Shown piece by piece: positions 13,283 through 24,419 of a DNA stretch of 64,000 nt. The notes beneath the pieces are model-generated. The model saw nothing but the letters and a program-made list of their open reading frames with translations, did no database searches and had not been told where the DNA came from. Source of the DNA: Octopus sinensis. Its lineage: Eukaryota. The stretch lies in NCBI RefSeq assembly GCF_006345805.1, contig NC_042998.1, positions 194,680,001 through 194,744,000 on the forward strand, given 5' to 3'. Both the position numbers and the translations under genes were made by a program. How positions within the stretch are numbered: position 1 is the first letter of the stretch; every line of letters starts with the position of its first letter.

Positions 13283-13442
13283 AATCGTCTTATATTCTTA
13301 ATTCCACGTGCGGTAAGCAATAATGGCCAACTTAAGAAGCGAAAGTCCTAGAGATGTTAAATTGTCTCATTTTTGTGAAGTCGCAAAAGCCAACCGAGAA
13401 CTATTTTTATAGAAAATAGTTTCTAATTCACTTCTGTCGTCT

Positions 13443-13757
13443 TCATCGTCGCCTCCTTCGGCCGCCCCTCCTTCGTCTTCGCCTTCTCCCCCTCCTTCGT
13501 CCCCTCCTTCGCCCCCTCCTTCGTCCTCTCCTCCTCCCCCTTCTTCCTCTCGATCGTCGCCGTCGTCGTCGCCGTCGTCCACCAATGGAATACACTCGTC
13601 TACGACTTAATCTGCCTCCGTTAAAACTACCATGACTTCTCACACTGGATAAACTGCGCTCTCGTCTTCCGCCACCGACCAGCAGACTCTGCCGGCTCAT
13701 GGATGGGCGTATTGCTCTACGCGTCCTCGAACGCGATGCGTTTTCTTTAACAATCAT
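13443..13757 (-). CDS. Sperm protamine precursor (104 aa; contains Po1/Po2-like 56- and 44-aa Arg-rich products)
   Basis: Intronless ORF MIVKENASRSRTRRAIRPSMSRQSLLVGGG-RRERSLSSVRSHGSFNGG-RLSRRRVYSIGG-RRRRRRRRSRGRRGRRRGRRRGRRRGRRRGRRRRRRRGGRRRRR*. Core is 35 R, 8 G, 1 S with mixed CGA/CGG/AGA/AGG codons. ATG has A at -3; CpG-rich; TATA upstream and AATAAA downstream. Confidence 0.9.
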   Translation of the reverse strand: MIVKENASRSRTRRAIRPSMSRQSLLVGGGRRERSLSSVRSHGSFNGGRLSRRRVYSIGGRRRRRRRRSRGRRGRRRGRRRGRRRGRRRGRRRRRRRGGRRRRR

Positions 13758-13854
13758 CCTTGTGTCTGTCGTCACTCAAGGCTTCCGAAAGTGTCTCACC
13801 CCTCTCTCTCTCTATTGCAGCGAAAGTTAGAGCAAGATTGAAAATCGGTACGAC

Positions 13855-13955
13855 TATGAAGTAACTCGCCGAAAGTCGTGTTTTATATAAGGTATGTGTA
13901 GCACGTGATCTGCCAGATCAAAGATATTATTGGTTGAAAAGAAAGGTCACGTGAC
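13855..13955 (-). promoter_or_regulatory. Protamine gene promoter
   Basis: TATATAAAA 13889-13881, E-box CACGTG 13902-13907, palindrome TGATCTG-C-CAGATCA 13906-13920, CCAAT 13933-13929, GTCACGTGAC 13946-13955; inferred TSS near 13857. Confidence 0.75.
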
Positions 13956-14083
13956 AGGAATGGTACATTGATATTCCCATTTCCAGACACTTACCTGGCA
14001 CAGGGGTAAACCATGATCACCATACAGACACACGTTCGCAATCGTATACACACACATGTACACGCTCACACACACACACACGT

Positions 14084-14115
<32 letters not shown>

Positions 14116-14395
14116 GCGCGCGCACACACAAAGGGTTCTTTGAAAGTTCCAGCGTTTCAAGTTCTGACGCAATTCTTTATGACATCACTGGAATTATGAT
14201 TTCCTTTGCGTATGCTCCCCGCCATAGTGTTTTGAAAGGAAAACAAATTCAGTTTCAAGAAATAAAAAAGAAAAAATGTAGGAAATACCTTTTGTGGACA
14301 GACATGATTAGATGCATTCACTTTGTCCATAGCAGCTACTTAAATTATGTTTGGTGGTCGGTAAAGAGGCGCACACACACACGCACATACGTATG

Positions 14396-14429
<34 letters not shown>

Positions 14430-14459
14430 TGTATGTATGTATGTATGTATGTATGTATA

Positions 14460-14893
14460 TCAGGAGGGATGTCAGGAAGGGCATCACTGTTACACTTCCA
14501 GATGGGAAGGGTCTCCCTATGATGCTGACATGCAATGCCTGTGCAAGACCCTGCCTCAGTAAAGCTGGACTCAAGAGTCATCTTCGTAGTCATAAAACGA
14601 GACAGATGAGTGATAGCCTGGCCACTGGTGGTGGTGTAACACACCATACTAATCATATCTGTCAGGCATGTGGAAGAGAGTGTAATTTGGCAAGAGGACT
14701 TAAACGACATGCAAAGGTACATGAAGCCCAGTTACAACTACAGCCGGCTATTACCAGTAAAGGTTTTAGCTGCCAATTTTGTACAAGACATTGTAGATCT
14801 TTAGCTGGGCTAAAAAGTTACATTCGATCACAGCACCGATAACAGTTAAACTTCGTGCAATGGCCATACTCGATAACGAGGTGGCAGCCATCA
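14460..14893 (+). mobile_element. 5'-truncated RTE-type LINE 3' end encoding three C2H2-like zinc fingers, with (TATG)n tail
   Basis: CNACARPCLSKAGLKSHLRSH, CQACGRECNLARGLKRHAKVH and CQFCTRHCRSLAGLKSYIRSQH*; no TGEKP linkers; 3' end shared with 17945-17990. Confidence 0.7.
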
Positions 14894-15008
14894 TGTATGT
14901 TTGTTTGTATGTATGTATGTATGTATGTATGTATGTATGTATGTATGTATGTATGCATGCATGCATGCATGTATGTATGTATGTATGTATGTATGTATGT
15001 ATGTATGT

Positions 15009-15356
15009 CACTTCTATTTTTTTAATTATCATAAATCTTCCACTGAGGAGGGAGCTGGTTTCCAACAAAGATACAAGGCTTCATCTTTGGGATGTAGTTA
15101 ACACAGACAAATTCACATTTGGAACGTGTGAGGAGTGTAGCATATTTTTTCTGTTCGACTCAAAGATTGCACTTGTAATGTTACGAATTAGCTGCTCCAT
15201 TTCTCTTTCTGAAAATCCCAGTTTATCCAGATTCTCCTGTAAGCTTTTACAGAATTCATAGTCTGGATATAGAAGCTGAAGGTTTCGAAGCAGTTGTCCA
15301 TAGGTATCCTCTTTGATTTTCAAAGAGATATTTAAATCTGCAGGGCAGCTGACATC
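15009..15356 (-). mobile_element. R4/Dong-like RLE LINE 3' fragment
   Basis: DVSCPADLNISLKIKEDTYGQLLRNLQLLYPDY is homologous to 5964-6140; it ends ...TGACATACATAC. Another fragment lies at 20650-20833 (-). Confidence 0.75.
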
Positions 15357-15804
15357 TAAATGTTGCTTCGTACAACTTGGCTACACAAGCCTTATTTCAT
15401 ACAACTTCTCTTGACTTAAACGCCAAGTCGAAAAACAGCCAGTGTATACATAAGTATACGTATTTTTACAGTTCTATCTAAAGATCATATTTTCTCTATT
15501 GCTGTTCTTTTCTCAGCCCGTCCATATCTGTCCGTTTTTCCTGTCTGCTCATCTTATACCCCAGCAGCTTCTGCTGCTGATATTTCCATATTGAACAATA
15601 TTGACAGAAGGTGTCAAAATCGTGATGGTATTTAGTCGTCGACTGATGAAGAGAAGAGAGGGAAGGAGACAGAAAGAGAGGGAGAAAGAGAGGGAGACTG
15701 AGGTCAGAAGTTCCTTGGTAGGATAGAGCATATTTGCGTTTATTTGAGTGTATGTAATTTTTGTTCTTCACGTAAATTTATTACTCGGCCAAACTGTGAT
15801 ATGT

Positions 15805-15807
<3 letters not shown>

Positions 15808-15836
<29 letters not shown>

Positions 15837-16556
15837 CATACATACATACATACATACACACACACATACATACATACATACATACATATATACATACGTA
15901 CGTACATACAGACATACGTATATGCATTCATACATACACACATACATTAATACTCCATACATACATACATGCATGCATACATACATACATACATACATAC
16001 ATACATACGTATATGCGTACATACATACATACACACACATACAAACATACATGCATGCATGTATGCATGCATACATACATACATGCATGCATGCATACAT
16101 ACATACATACATACATACATACATACATACATACACACTACATACACACACCACATACATACATACATACATATATGCGTACATACATACATACATACAC
16201 ACATAATACAAAAACATCATGCACATGTATGCATGCATACATACATACATGCATGCATACATACATACATACTACATACATATATGCGTACATACATACA
16301 TACACACACACATACAAACATACATGCATGCATGTATGCATGCATACATACATGCATGCATGCATGCATGCATACATACATGCATGCATGCATACATACA
16401 TACATACATACATACATACATACACACATACATACACACACACATACATACATACATACATATATGCGTACATACATACATACATACACACACACATACA
16501 AACATACATGCATGCATGTATGCATACATACATGCATGCATGCATACATACATACA

Positions 16557-16589
<33 letters not shown>

Positions 16590-16724
16590 GCGTACATACA
16601 TACATACACACACACATACAAACATACATGCATGCATGTATGCATGCATACATACATACATGCATGCATGCATGCATACATACATACATGCATGCATGCA
16701 TGCATGCATACATACATACATACA
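15808..16724. repeat. Complex (CATA)n/(CATG)n satellite
   Basis: ~0.9 kb of tetranucleotide repeats with higher-order blocks marked by TATGCGTACATAC and TACAAACATAC. Confidence 0.95.
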
Positions 16725-17127
16725 ATTAAGGTTAAATTAGGTTTATGCAGATAAGAGACAGAAAATCATTTGTCTAGCCTGACCTCATTTACTTAGAAGT
16801 AAATATAAATACGGAATTTAAACTCGGTTCCATCTTGTTGATTACTCGGGCCCTGGTCAAAGAGTATCTTCTTGCCCTCCCTTATGGATTGCCATCGCCT
16901 GACAATACAACTTTCACCCTCTATCTACTTGTCATCCCAGAGAGGTAAACTCCCTTACTCCCGTTTTCTCACCAGTCCTCCCGCAGTCATTCGAAGATAT
17001 TGAATCCTGCATTGTATCGATGAAAATAAAGGTCAATTTCAATAAATAATATTTCGTTTTGGGATTTGGTTTGCAAGATTCTTTATGTGAGTTCGTGTGT
17101 TGAAGCATATTCTGTTGTGTCTGGGGA

Positions 17128-17343
17128 GAGTCATTTTCTTTTTGTGCCTTATTATGTAACAGACTCACCGTAAAAATTCCACGTTTTTCTTATTTTTATT
17201 GCAACCTTTTCAATAGTTTTGAGTCAAAGCTATTGAAAAGATTGGAAGACGCAACGAAAATTTTAGGACAATAAAAATAAGAAAAAAGTGGAAATTTTAC
17301 CGGTAAGTGTGTTACATAATAAGGCACAAAATGAAAATGACTC
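17128..17343. mobile_element. Foldback/MITE-like palindrome
   Basis: ~75-bp inverted arms (GAGTCATTTTC...TTATTG / CAATAA...GAAAATGACTC) plus an inner hairpin CTTTTCAATAG...CTATTGAAAAG. Confidence 0.75.
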
Positions 17344-17436
17344 AATAAATAATATTTTCCCCCTTTCATTTATTTGCTACATGCAATTGTTATACATACA
17401 TGCATATGTATGTATGTATGTATGTGTGTATGTATG

Positions 17437-17990
17437 TCAGGTCACTTTCGAGTGCTACTGGTAACATGTAACCCAGTACAACCTGTTGCATGGTCGGGTC
17501 GTCGGCGACTAAACCGGCAACCCTACCAAGCAAGCTTGGTGAGGAGGGTGTTTATTGGACACCCTGCGGGATGAAAAACAAAACCTGTCGAAGGGTGGAG
17601 GAACTCTTGAGAGTCAACGGCCATCCAATAAATGTCTTAAGGCTGTATCATGCGCGGGGACATAGAAATAATCGGACTGAATACCCGATCGCGCGGTTAA
17701 ATTATTGGGAGTGAAGGACTCCTAGCTTTGTTAGGGCATCCTTCTAGGAGAAGGTAACTCAGGTAACTGGGATAACTCCGAGATAAAACCTGCGGCTCAG
17801 TGGTTACCGATGATGTTGACTTGTTCTTCTTTTCGGATTATGGCTGCTGTTGCTTAGTGAGTGGGATTGACTCAGTGCACAGCCTTTCCTCACTTTAAAA
17901 AAAATCTTCTTGCACAGGCATTGCACGATAACAACATTGATTAAGCTTCGTGCAGTGGCCATACTCGATAACGAGGGGACAGCCACCATG
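17437..17990 (+). mobile_element. Non-autonomous bipartite RTE-derived element embedded in (TATG)n
   Basis: 3' end CTTCGTGCA.TGGCCATACTCGATAACGAGG...GCCA.CATGTATG is shared with 14851-14893; its 5' part has an older copy at ~6762-6905. Confidence 0.65.
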
Positions 17991-18250
17991 TATGTATGTA
18001 TGTATGTATGTATGTATGTATGTATGTATGTATGTATGTATGTATGTATGTATTTGAACATTTTGAACTTCTTGAGTGCTTTGTTACTTCGTATGTTACT
18101 TACTTTGCTACTATCTTTCTTTATCCTCTATTTCTTATTCAAACATACTTGATCATACACCTTTCCTCTTCTGCTTATACCACCGTCTCAAACATTACTT
18201 CACCATGTTTCCTGCAAGCTCCAGCCCTCTCTCAACCTTTTCTTATACAT

Positions 18251-18932
18251 TAACTTGCAGCTAAGCCCGGCTTCACCCGGTCTGTTTGGATGATGTGGTT
18301 GTGATCGTTTTCGGTTAGGCATAATCTATAACACCTAATCATTTCGGATCCCCTGTTTCGATTGGAGTTTCCGGCTGTATGAAAATTTCCTGCCCCTCCC
18401 TCTTGTCAGAAAACAGCTTCAGGAGTTGTGAAGAACGAATTTGTACGTATTCTGTTTCTGAGAGCTGTTCTATTGGACCTCTGTCTAATTAAAACATTGG
18501 GAGATCTTTCGATATGGGAACACACGACTGTCACTTACAAACCACTTATAAACCACGTGTGTTTATTTACATTTTTGAAGATAATCATCGGTGTCCGTAA
18601 AAAAATTTTATTTTTTTAGAATGAAGTTCTTTTGAAGTTGGTGTGAAGCAGAAGAATTGATGTGTGTGTGCTTGATGGGTTGTGCAAGACAGAATGTGTG
18701 GTGTGTATGTGAATTGCTTTTGATAGTGTGTGTGAAGAGACAGAGAGTAATGTTGCTGGTGTGCGTATGAGAGAGAGAGAGAGAAAGAAAGTGGGATATA
18801 ACTGAAATTTTTTATTCACTTTTTGTAGTGAGGGAATGTGTGAGTGATTGGCAATGAAAAAGCGAGAGAGAGAGAGAGAGAGAAAAAGAGAGAGAGAGAG
18901 AGAGAGAGAGAAAAAAGAGAGAGAGAGAAAAA

Positions 18933-18964
<32 letters not shown>

Positions 18965-19279
18965 CGTTATGTATGTATGTATGTATGAATGGCTTTGGTT
19001 GACTGTCAACCTGTACTCCCCTTGTTGCTAGTGAAATGGTATATGCCGGCTGTGTGAGCAACTGGTTGTTTTAATGGCGGGGGAATTCCATTAAAAATAG
19101 TTTTAATCGATTTTTTCGCTAACTATGGGGGCTATGAATATATACAAACAGCATTCCAATCTATGCACACGTCTCCACATGTATGCTATTTTTCACACGA
19201 ATCCACCCAGCCGTTTGGTTGTGAACCTCAAGACAAGAAAGAATACAACAATCACCCATGTCCAATTTATATTATAGAT
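18251..19279 (+). mobile_element. Putative Helentron-type non-autonomous element (HINE/DINE-1-like)
   Basis: Begins AACTTGCAGCTAAGCCCGGCTTCACCCGG, contains internal microsatellites and ends TTTATATTATAGAT. Confidence 0.45.
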
Positions 19280-19549
19280 AAAAAAAAAAATTTCTCTAAC
19301 CCTATTTCCTTCTTAGTCACTGCCTTCACTTCAACCTTGTCCCCAAACGCTTCCACCTCTATTTCCACCCTACCTTCCATTCTGCTTCCACGATCTTACA
19401 CATCCTCGCACCACTTCCTGTCACCTTATGCATGCAATCATCTGTTCTAATCTCTCTAAAATACGCAACCTTGACCGCCTTCTCACTTTCACTTACTCCA
19501 TCTTCTTCGTTGCTCCTCTACTACTTTGCACTTATTATACATGGCTCTA

Positions 19550-20334
19550 GTAACACAGGCTGAAAATTTTCACGATTACACAACCCCTGACATCTGGCCT
19601 CCTAATTCCCCAGATCCCAATCCATTGGACTATTACATGTGGGGAATTGTTGAGAGCTCAATGAACATGCCGATGACACCAAAAGATTCTTTGAAAGCTG
19701 CTATAGTTTGAGTAATGTCCAAAATGAACCAGGACCACTTGATCTGAGCATGTAGATGATGTAGATCTCATATAGAAGCAGTTGTTGAAGCTGAAGGTGG
19801 CTTTATTGAATAACATTATAGAAAAGGTTTATTTTTATCCTCATAGCATTTTTTGATAAATTAAGTTATCTGTTATTACTCTTTTACTTGTTTCAGTCAT
19901 TTGACTGCGGCCATGCTGGGGCACCGCCTTTAGTCGAGCAAATCGACCCCGTACTTATTCTTTGTAAGCCTAGTACTTATTGTATCGGTCTCTTTTGCTG
20001 AACCACTAAGTGACGGGGATGTAAACACACCAGCATCGGTTGTCAAGCAATGCTAGGGGGACAAACACACACACACAAACACACACACATACACATATAT
20101 ACATATATATACATATATACGACAGGCTTCTTTCAGTTTCCGTCTACCAAATCCACTCACAAGGCATTGGTCGACCTGGGGCTATAGCAGAAGACACTTG
20201 CCCAAGATGCCACGCAGTGGGACTGAACCCGGAACCATGTGGTTGGTTAGCAAGCTACTTACCACACAGCCACTCCTATGTATCTGTTTTTTATAAACAT
20301 AAAACTGTCCTCTAATATCTTACGCACCCTGTAT
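19550..20334 (+). mobile_element. Tc1/mariner transposase 3' fragment with nested SINE
   Basis: WPPNSPDPNPLDYYMWGIVE...IEAVVEAEGGFIE*; probable right end ...CGCACCCTG-TA near 20332. Confidence 0.75.
19880..20278 (-). mobile_element. tRNA-derived SINE family B (CORE-like), full length
   Basis: Reverse complement of 27606-28006. Confidence 0.9.
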
Positions 20335-20419
20335 ATATTTTCTTAACATGATTTACCTTATCCTTATTTTAATTTTCATATATTTATCTTATTCCAAAAA
20401 CAATTTCCATTATTTCTAC

Positions 20420-20455
<36 letters not shown>

Positions 20456-23266
20456 TTTTATTTGAGTTTTATTTATGTTCTTAAAAGAGCTCAAAGCACT
20501 TGCTAACAAACTGACAAAACCTTCCGAGTTAAGAGAATTCCTGGGGTTTAAAAATATGTGATTGCATTGGTGAGTTGATTGAGCTGTCAAAGCAATAGTA
20601 TGTGTATCTTTCCATCTAAAGAATCTCAGATGGAGAATCATTAGAATGGCTTACAAATCTTCAATGTGCCACTGATAGATTGGATTTGGAGAATCAGCCT
20701 TAGTTTCTTTTGCTCTTTCTTCGAAAATCCTTGTATTTCTAGGTTTTTGTGTAAATTTGTAGATACATAACCTAATACACCTATGATGACAGGTACAAAT
20801 ATAGTCAGGGTATAAGAGCTGTAAGCTCCGCATTATGTATGAATGTATAGCGGGCTGGATGAAAGATGTGATATCAGGTTGATATGATGTGGCCCACTAC
20901 TGAATGTAGCATGTAGATGTAACGCTTCAAAGTTCTCACATCAGAGTACTAGTAAACATCGAAGAATCAATACCAAAAAGAAGAAAAATTATTTACATAT
21001 GTTTATTCATTTTCCCAACAGGTAGTTAAAGAGACAGTAGCAATTCTAATGATAGGGACAACAAAGTTGGCTTGCCGGTTAGTAGTTGGTAGTGTAGAAA
21101 AAGGTTGTCTGTCAGTAGAGAGTGAAAGAGTAAGGAATGCACGGTGCTGACTAGAAAGGAAGAAAAGATAAAGGTGGCATTGCCTTTCTTGTGGCCGAAA
21201 GCCTCTCTTTGCATGTTGAGTAAAGGGTGAAGGGAAGTGCTGCTCTTGGTTAAGGCTGACACAAAAGCTGGTGCTGCTCCTCAGTCTGGCTCACATAAAA
21301 GAGCATGTTGCTCGGTAGTCTGGCTGGCACAAAAGAGAGGGTGATGCTCCTTGGTCGTAGCTGACACATAAGAGAAAGAGATAAGAAATTCTCTGTTATA
21401 TAGGCTATGGTCAGTAATGTAGGTCAAACCTACATTAACAAAGGACTGACCTTTCCTTGACCAGCACAGGTCCTGGAGGGTCGAGTGTTTCCTCATCAAT
21501 CATCTAGTGTAGAGAGGATTTCCCACTTGTTTTGACTAGCAACAAGTGGGTGGATTTGGTTTCAAATCTCAAGCAAAGTCAAGCTAGATCCCTACATATA
21601 TGTATGTATGTATGTAAGCATGTATGTAAGTATGTATATATGTATGCATGTATATATGTAGGTATGTATAGTTTAAAGGCATGAAAATAAGTTGCTTTTA
21701 CCTCAAGTTGCAATCACGTATCATAGCCAAATCATTCAGTTGTTATCACATATTGATCCAACCGATCTCTTCAACTTGGATCCCTTGACACCCCTTCTAA
21801 CAGCATGACTTGCCTCATCTGCAGATAGCATAAAAAGAGGCAGACTTGCCCTGTCACTTACCAACGTGACATCATCTGGCCCCTTCTGATCTTCCTGTGC
21901 TGTCTCTCCTTCTCCCTTCTGATCAATTACACCTTCCACCACACACCCCCTTGATCTAAAGATTTCTGCTCCCCTTGTTCTGATTTATAATTATTCCGAA
22001 ACAAAGAAAATGATTGTATCACCATTGAAGGAGTGAATGAAGATGATGTGGATGTGTATGAAATTGACAATTAGCTGCCATATGATATAAAGTAAGTATT
22101 AAATTCTGTATTCATTTTGTCACATTTTATCATTAAATTACCAATTATATACCTATTTTATATAATAGGATCTGGGTTTTTTGCAACAAATAATCTGGGT
22201 GTTTTATTATTTGATGAGTGGCAACCCTGGTTACAGGGCTGGCTTCTCCCTCCCCTTCATCATCAGAAGAGCTAATCACCCTTCAAATATTGGTGCTGAA
22301 GATCATTGTGAACGTCTTTAAGGTGATTTTGGGCAAATCTGCCTCTTTGCCCAGTTTTCCTGTGCCATCTTACCTGCTCCCTTCCAGTCAATTACCCTTC
22401 CACCACAGTATGTATGTATGTATGTATGTATGTATGTATGTATGTATGTATGTATGTATGTATGTATGTATGTATGTATGTATGTATGTATGTATGTATA
22501 AAAAGGGTTTGTTGTTGTTGCTCTTTTTTTTCTGCTGTTGATGAAGTCTAATTTCCCATTTATTCCAGCATTTAATGCTCCAGTGTGAAATCTCTGACTG
22601 AATCAGATCATTCAGAAGTGGTTGTCATCATTGTTCATTTTCGTGTTAAATGAACAAGCCAAAATATTTTTTTAAAGGTAGCCAAAAGTAAAATTTAACT
22701 AAAAGAGTGTTCTAAACACTACATTTTCATTGTAAACCAAAATACCACACACACCCACAAAGTTAAAACATCTTTACTGGCCACCAAATGAAATCATACT
22801 CGCTATAGATTGACAAAAGGGAAATCAGAGGTATAAACCATTGATTCATATGAATATTATATTGGGTTTTTGTATTCCACACTTTTGTACCTCCAGATGT
22901 CAGTTTGAGACGACTATTGCTGATATACTTGTAGAATTTTAACATTCTGGTTAATTTTCTGATTGTTGGGACCTTTCATGTGTATCTTTTTTATGTTTTT
23001 ATCCAAACCATTGTCTTTGTATTAGAGGAACAGGTTTTATTAATAGAATTGTAGCCTTTGATAGAATCGAAGGATTTCCTTCTTTTTTCTCTTTATTTTT
23101 ATTGTTGTCATACTGGATTGTTTCCATCAATTTTCTTTGTTCTTTTACCATTGAAATACATCTTTAATTTGATCTTTTTTCTTGGCAATTTTTCGTATTA
23201 TGTACATAAAATGGTGAACAACAAAATGAAAAGAAGTGGAATGAATAAAAATGAAAGAAAATTATA

Positions 23267-23833
23267 TTGGGTTGTCCAGAAAGTTCGTGCTGATTTATAG
23301 TAGCTTACCTTTCGACTTATTTTAGAACTTGGTTGAGTCCATAAAATAGGATTTGACTACACCTCCATTTAGAACACAGTTTAAGCTATCTTTTCATGGA
23401 AGAAGGTTTATGTTCCTATAACCTGTGTTAATTCTGTAACCCTTTAAAACCGAAGATAAGAAATTTCATTTTCAGCACTTGATGCTTTGGGAACCAGACA
23501 AAAATTGCTGCAGCTCAGCTGGGATGTGTTACTCCACCCACCATATTCACCAGATATTGCTCCTTCGGATTTCCACTTATTCAGGTCTCTACAGAATAGT
23601 CTTAATGGTAAAAAATTCAATTCCTTGGATGACGTAAAAAGATACCTTTTATGAATTCTTTGCCATGAAACCACCTCAATTCTGGGAAGAGGGTATTTTC
23701 AAGTTAAAGGAAAGATGGAGATGCATTGTGCAACAAAATGGTTCATATTTGGTTGATTAAAAATGTAATGGCAAGTATTTATTGACCTTTTTCTTTCCTT
23801 TAAAAATCGGCATGAACTTTCCGGACAACCCAA
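23267..23833 (+). mobile_element. Internally deleted mariner element with TIRs and TA TSD
   Basis: TA-TTGGGTTGTCCAGAAAGTTC ... GAACTTTCCGGACAACCCAA-TA; internal HPPYSPDIAPSDFHLFRSLQN...ERWRCIVQQNG. Confidence 0.92.
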
Positions 23834-24419
23834 TATTTGTTGATATTTGGCATTACATACAGTAGTAAGCTCTAATGCAGGTGCTAAATAATGTGAATAA
23901 GTTATGTTTGTGAAAATGACACCAGGTAATCCGAGAACAGAATGAAAAGAGATTGTCTGAACTTCCATGCATGGAGCGATTTATATTTTTGTTAAAGCTC
24001 TGGATTTTTGTACGCAATGTTGCATCTTTGAGATCTATGAACTGAAGACCATGGTTTACCATGTCCATCATTTCAAATACATAAAATGGAAGATCATTTT
24101 TTCTCCTCTCCAGTATATCATTTCAGTTCTGCTGTTTTCGTACAACCTCAAAGAAAGTATAAGAAACTATTACTAAATCTCTCCCTGTATTCTTAAGTGG
24201 AAGACAGTTGAAGGTCAGGGTGATCTTTGATCTGTGAAGTTGGCCTTAAATGGAGGTCCACTAGGATTAGGACATTATCACCTATGTATTCATAAATTAA
24301 TATACAATATATTCTTTTATCTCATCCTTTTTCTTTCCTCCTCATCCTTTTTAGGTAATCCTTATCTTTGCAATGCTTCCCATGTTCATTTCAAATAATG
24401 CTTCCTTATTATTTTCATA

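Noticed and set aside
13367-13585. Acidic 72-aa ORF (VDDGDDD...EGGG)
   Set aside because: Alternative frame of the protamine Arg codons; no ATG start.
13758-13775. Upstream GTG start for the protamine ORF given by the track
   Set aside because: Eukaryotic context; the first in-frame ATG with A at -3 is at 13757.
14351-14842. Host C2H2 zinc-finger gene of the octopus ZNF expansion
   Set aside because: The ORF start is microsatellite, there are no TGEKP linkers or splice acceptor, and it ends in a retro-element 3' tail shared with another repeat.
15744-16754. HTYI / MYVC ORFs (also 4389-6000 and elsewhere)
   Set aside because: Stop-free translations of (CATA)n/(CA)n microsatellites.
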